DNA of 60,413 bases, filler included, from Basidioascus undulatus (taxonomy: Eukaryota), in assembly GCA_000826855.1 (NCBI GenBank). It is 8 parts of 8 records of this genome, joined end to end, with 100 filler letters (N's around TTAATTAATTAA, not from the genome) between each part and the next. Parts side by side here need not be neighbours in the genome. Positions count along the whole stretch, not along the records: positions 55,583 to 60,413 come from JTLS01002060.1; 7 more parts are not named here. One strand, given 5' to 3'. The stretch's first letter is position 1. Each line of letters starts with the position of its first letter. The notes under the pieces are model-generated. The model did not search any database, was not told the origin of the DNA, and saw only the letters and a program-made list of their open reading frames with translations. The position numbers were made by a program, and so were the translations under genes. Shown piece after piece: positions 59,298-60,413 of this stretch.

Positions 59298-60413
59298 TTG
59301 TCTGCCGTGCTCGGTTCGATGGGAGAGTCGAATTGCCCGGACGGCATGTGAGGCGAGGGGATGAACGCTGCCGGCGCGAGCTCCCCGGGCGGCGCGTCGA
59401 CGTGCGCAAAGTCGGGCGACGGCGCGGGCTTTCGGCGGATGCTCATCAGCCTGCCCTTCCTCGGTGCAGGCGGCAGCCCCGTCGTGCCGTTCGCGGGCGG
59501 CGCGGCCTCAACAGGCGAGCTAGCAACCTCGGCCGCCTCGACGTCGACCTTGCGCGCGCCCGACTCGGACAACTCGCGATGCGTGAGCGGGCTCGTAATG
59601 AGCGGCTCGTGCGGCAGCGGCTTGGTAGACTGCGGCGGCGAGAGGAACGGCTCGGAGGCCTGACCCGCCATGGCGGGCGACACCTGTCGAAAGCGCGAGC
59701 TGCGGGGACCGAATACCGGCGTGGGCATGCCGTTGCTTTGCGCACGACTGCGCGTCATCTCCTCCGGGCGCTCGGGGCTCCCGAAGTCCTGTGAGCCGGC
59801 GCGGTACGAGATGCTGGACCTGTTGGCGGACCGGCCTGCCGGGCTGCGGGTGAAGGGGCTCCCGCCGTTGCCGTTGTGGAGCGGGACGGGCGGCAGGTCC
59901 GCCTCCGAGCCGGACAGGCTGGAGCGCGGGGAGGTCGGGTTCATGGCGCGTCGATTGGCGGGTGGCGCAGGCGTGGGGGAGATGCCGCCGCTCTTGCTCG
60001 CGGAACGGGCGTGCGAGCCGAGGAGGAGCGGACGGGGCGCGACTTTGGATGAGGGCGTGGAGGCGGTGTGGGCGGGGAGGGCGGCCGCTATTGACTCGGC
60101 GAAGTTCGCCAGCTTCGACGAGACGGTCTTGGGCGTGCCCGTTACGGAGGCGGCGGACGTGGTGCTGCTCGCTTGACTCGCCTCCGAGTCTCGCCGACTC
60201 ATAGCGGCGCTCGAGCGCGGGCTGTTCTCCGGCGACGGCGTGCGCTCGTTCATGAAGCTTGGAGGGGGTCGCGTAGAGATAGTCGAGTCGCGATGGGAAG
60301 CGTAGCGGCCTGCCGACGAGCTCGGCAGGTCTGGCAGCGGTGGCGGCGGTGCTCGTTCTATTCGCCGCGGGCTTTGCCGCGATCTGGTTTTCGCCCTCGG
60401 TGCAGGATGGGAA
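59273..60413 (-). CDS. Ser/Pro-rich protein segment, open to the window edge; ends just after the junction with the Spt20-like sequence
   Basis: Uninterrupted frame of >370 codons with coding bias (SHPAPRAK...MSIRRKPAP...NPIRKPRE*). Confidence 0.7.
   Translation of the reverse strand, partial: SHPAPRAKTRSRQSPRRIERAPPPPLPDLPSSSAGRYASHRDSTISTRPPPSFMNERTPSPENSPRSSAAMSRRDSEASQASSTTSAASVTGTPKTVSSKLANFAESIAAALPAHTASTPSSKVAPRPLLLGSHARSASKSGGISPTPAPPANRRAMNPTSPRSSLSGSEADLPPVPLHNGNGGSPFTRSPAGRSANRSSISYRAGSQDFGSPERPEEMTRSRAQSNGMPTPVFGPRSSRFRQVSPAMAGQASEPFLSPPQSTKPLPHEPLITSPLTHRELSESGARKVDVEAAEVASSPVEAAPPANGTTGLPPAPRKGRLMSIRRKPAPSPDFAHVDAPPGELAPAAFIPSPHMPSGQFDSPIEPSTADNPIRKPRE

Overview
Eukaryotic, GC-rich and very intron-rich fungal DNA, most consistent with a basidiomycete (short introns with GTGCGT/GTGAGT/GTACGT donors and CTGAC/CTAAC branch sites; basidiomycete-type protein families). 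The window is not a continuous locus. It is 8 contigs (4868, 4867, 4860, 4857, 4848, 4840, 25742 and 4831 bp) joined by an artificial 100-nt N44-TTAATTAATTAA-N44 spacer, so adjacency across spacers is meaningless and the unspliced ORF track is mostly misleading. Manual splicing supports these intact or contig-truncated genes: UPF0643-like, hemerythrin/HHE, RPL8 (eL8), MET10, Hva1-TUDOR, an S9 peptidase, a GT15 mannosyltransferase, a Cap64-like protein, RRP15, DCS1, GAD1, an MFS transporter, NAT1, a GNAT, a PQ-loop protein, HAP3, a P450, mL57 and DPP4. There are also two identical inverted tRNA-Gly(UCC) genes and a tRNA-Val(AAC). No CRISPR array, rRNA or recognisable transposon was found, and I cannot support a clear-cut novel system. 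The most notable signals are: (i) many decayed, truncated or chimeric gene relics lying inside contigs (Egh16-like, DCR2-like, F-box, MYND, SDR, SMYD tail, SPT20 tail fused out of frame to another gene); (ii) a GNAT with an apparently self-compensating double frameshift; (iii) a CpG-depleted spacer between the inverted tRNA genes; (iv) two small proteins with an optional mitochondrial-type presequence ahead of a second ATG; (v) a long structured first intron in RPL8. Family assignments come from motif recall, not database searches.
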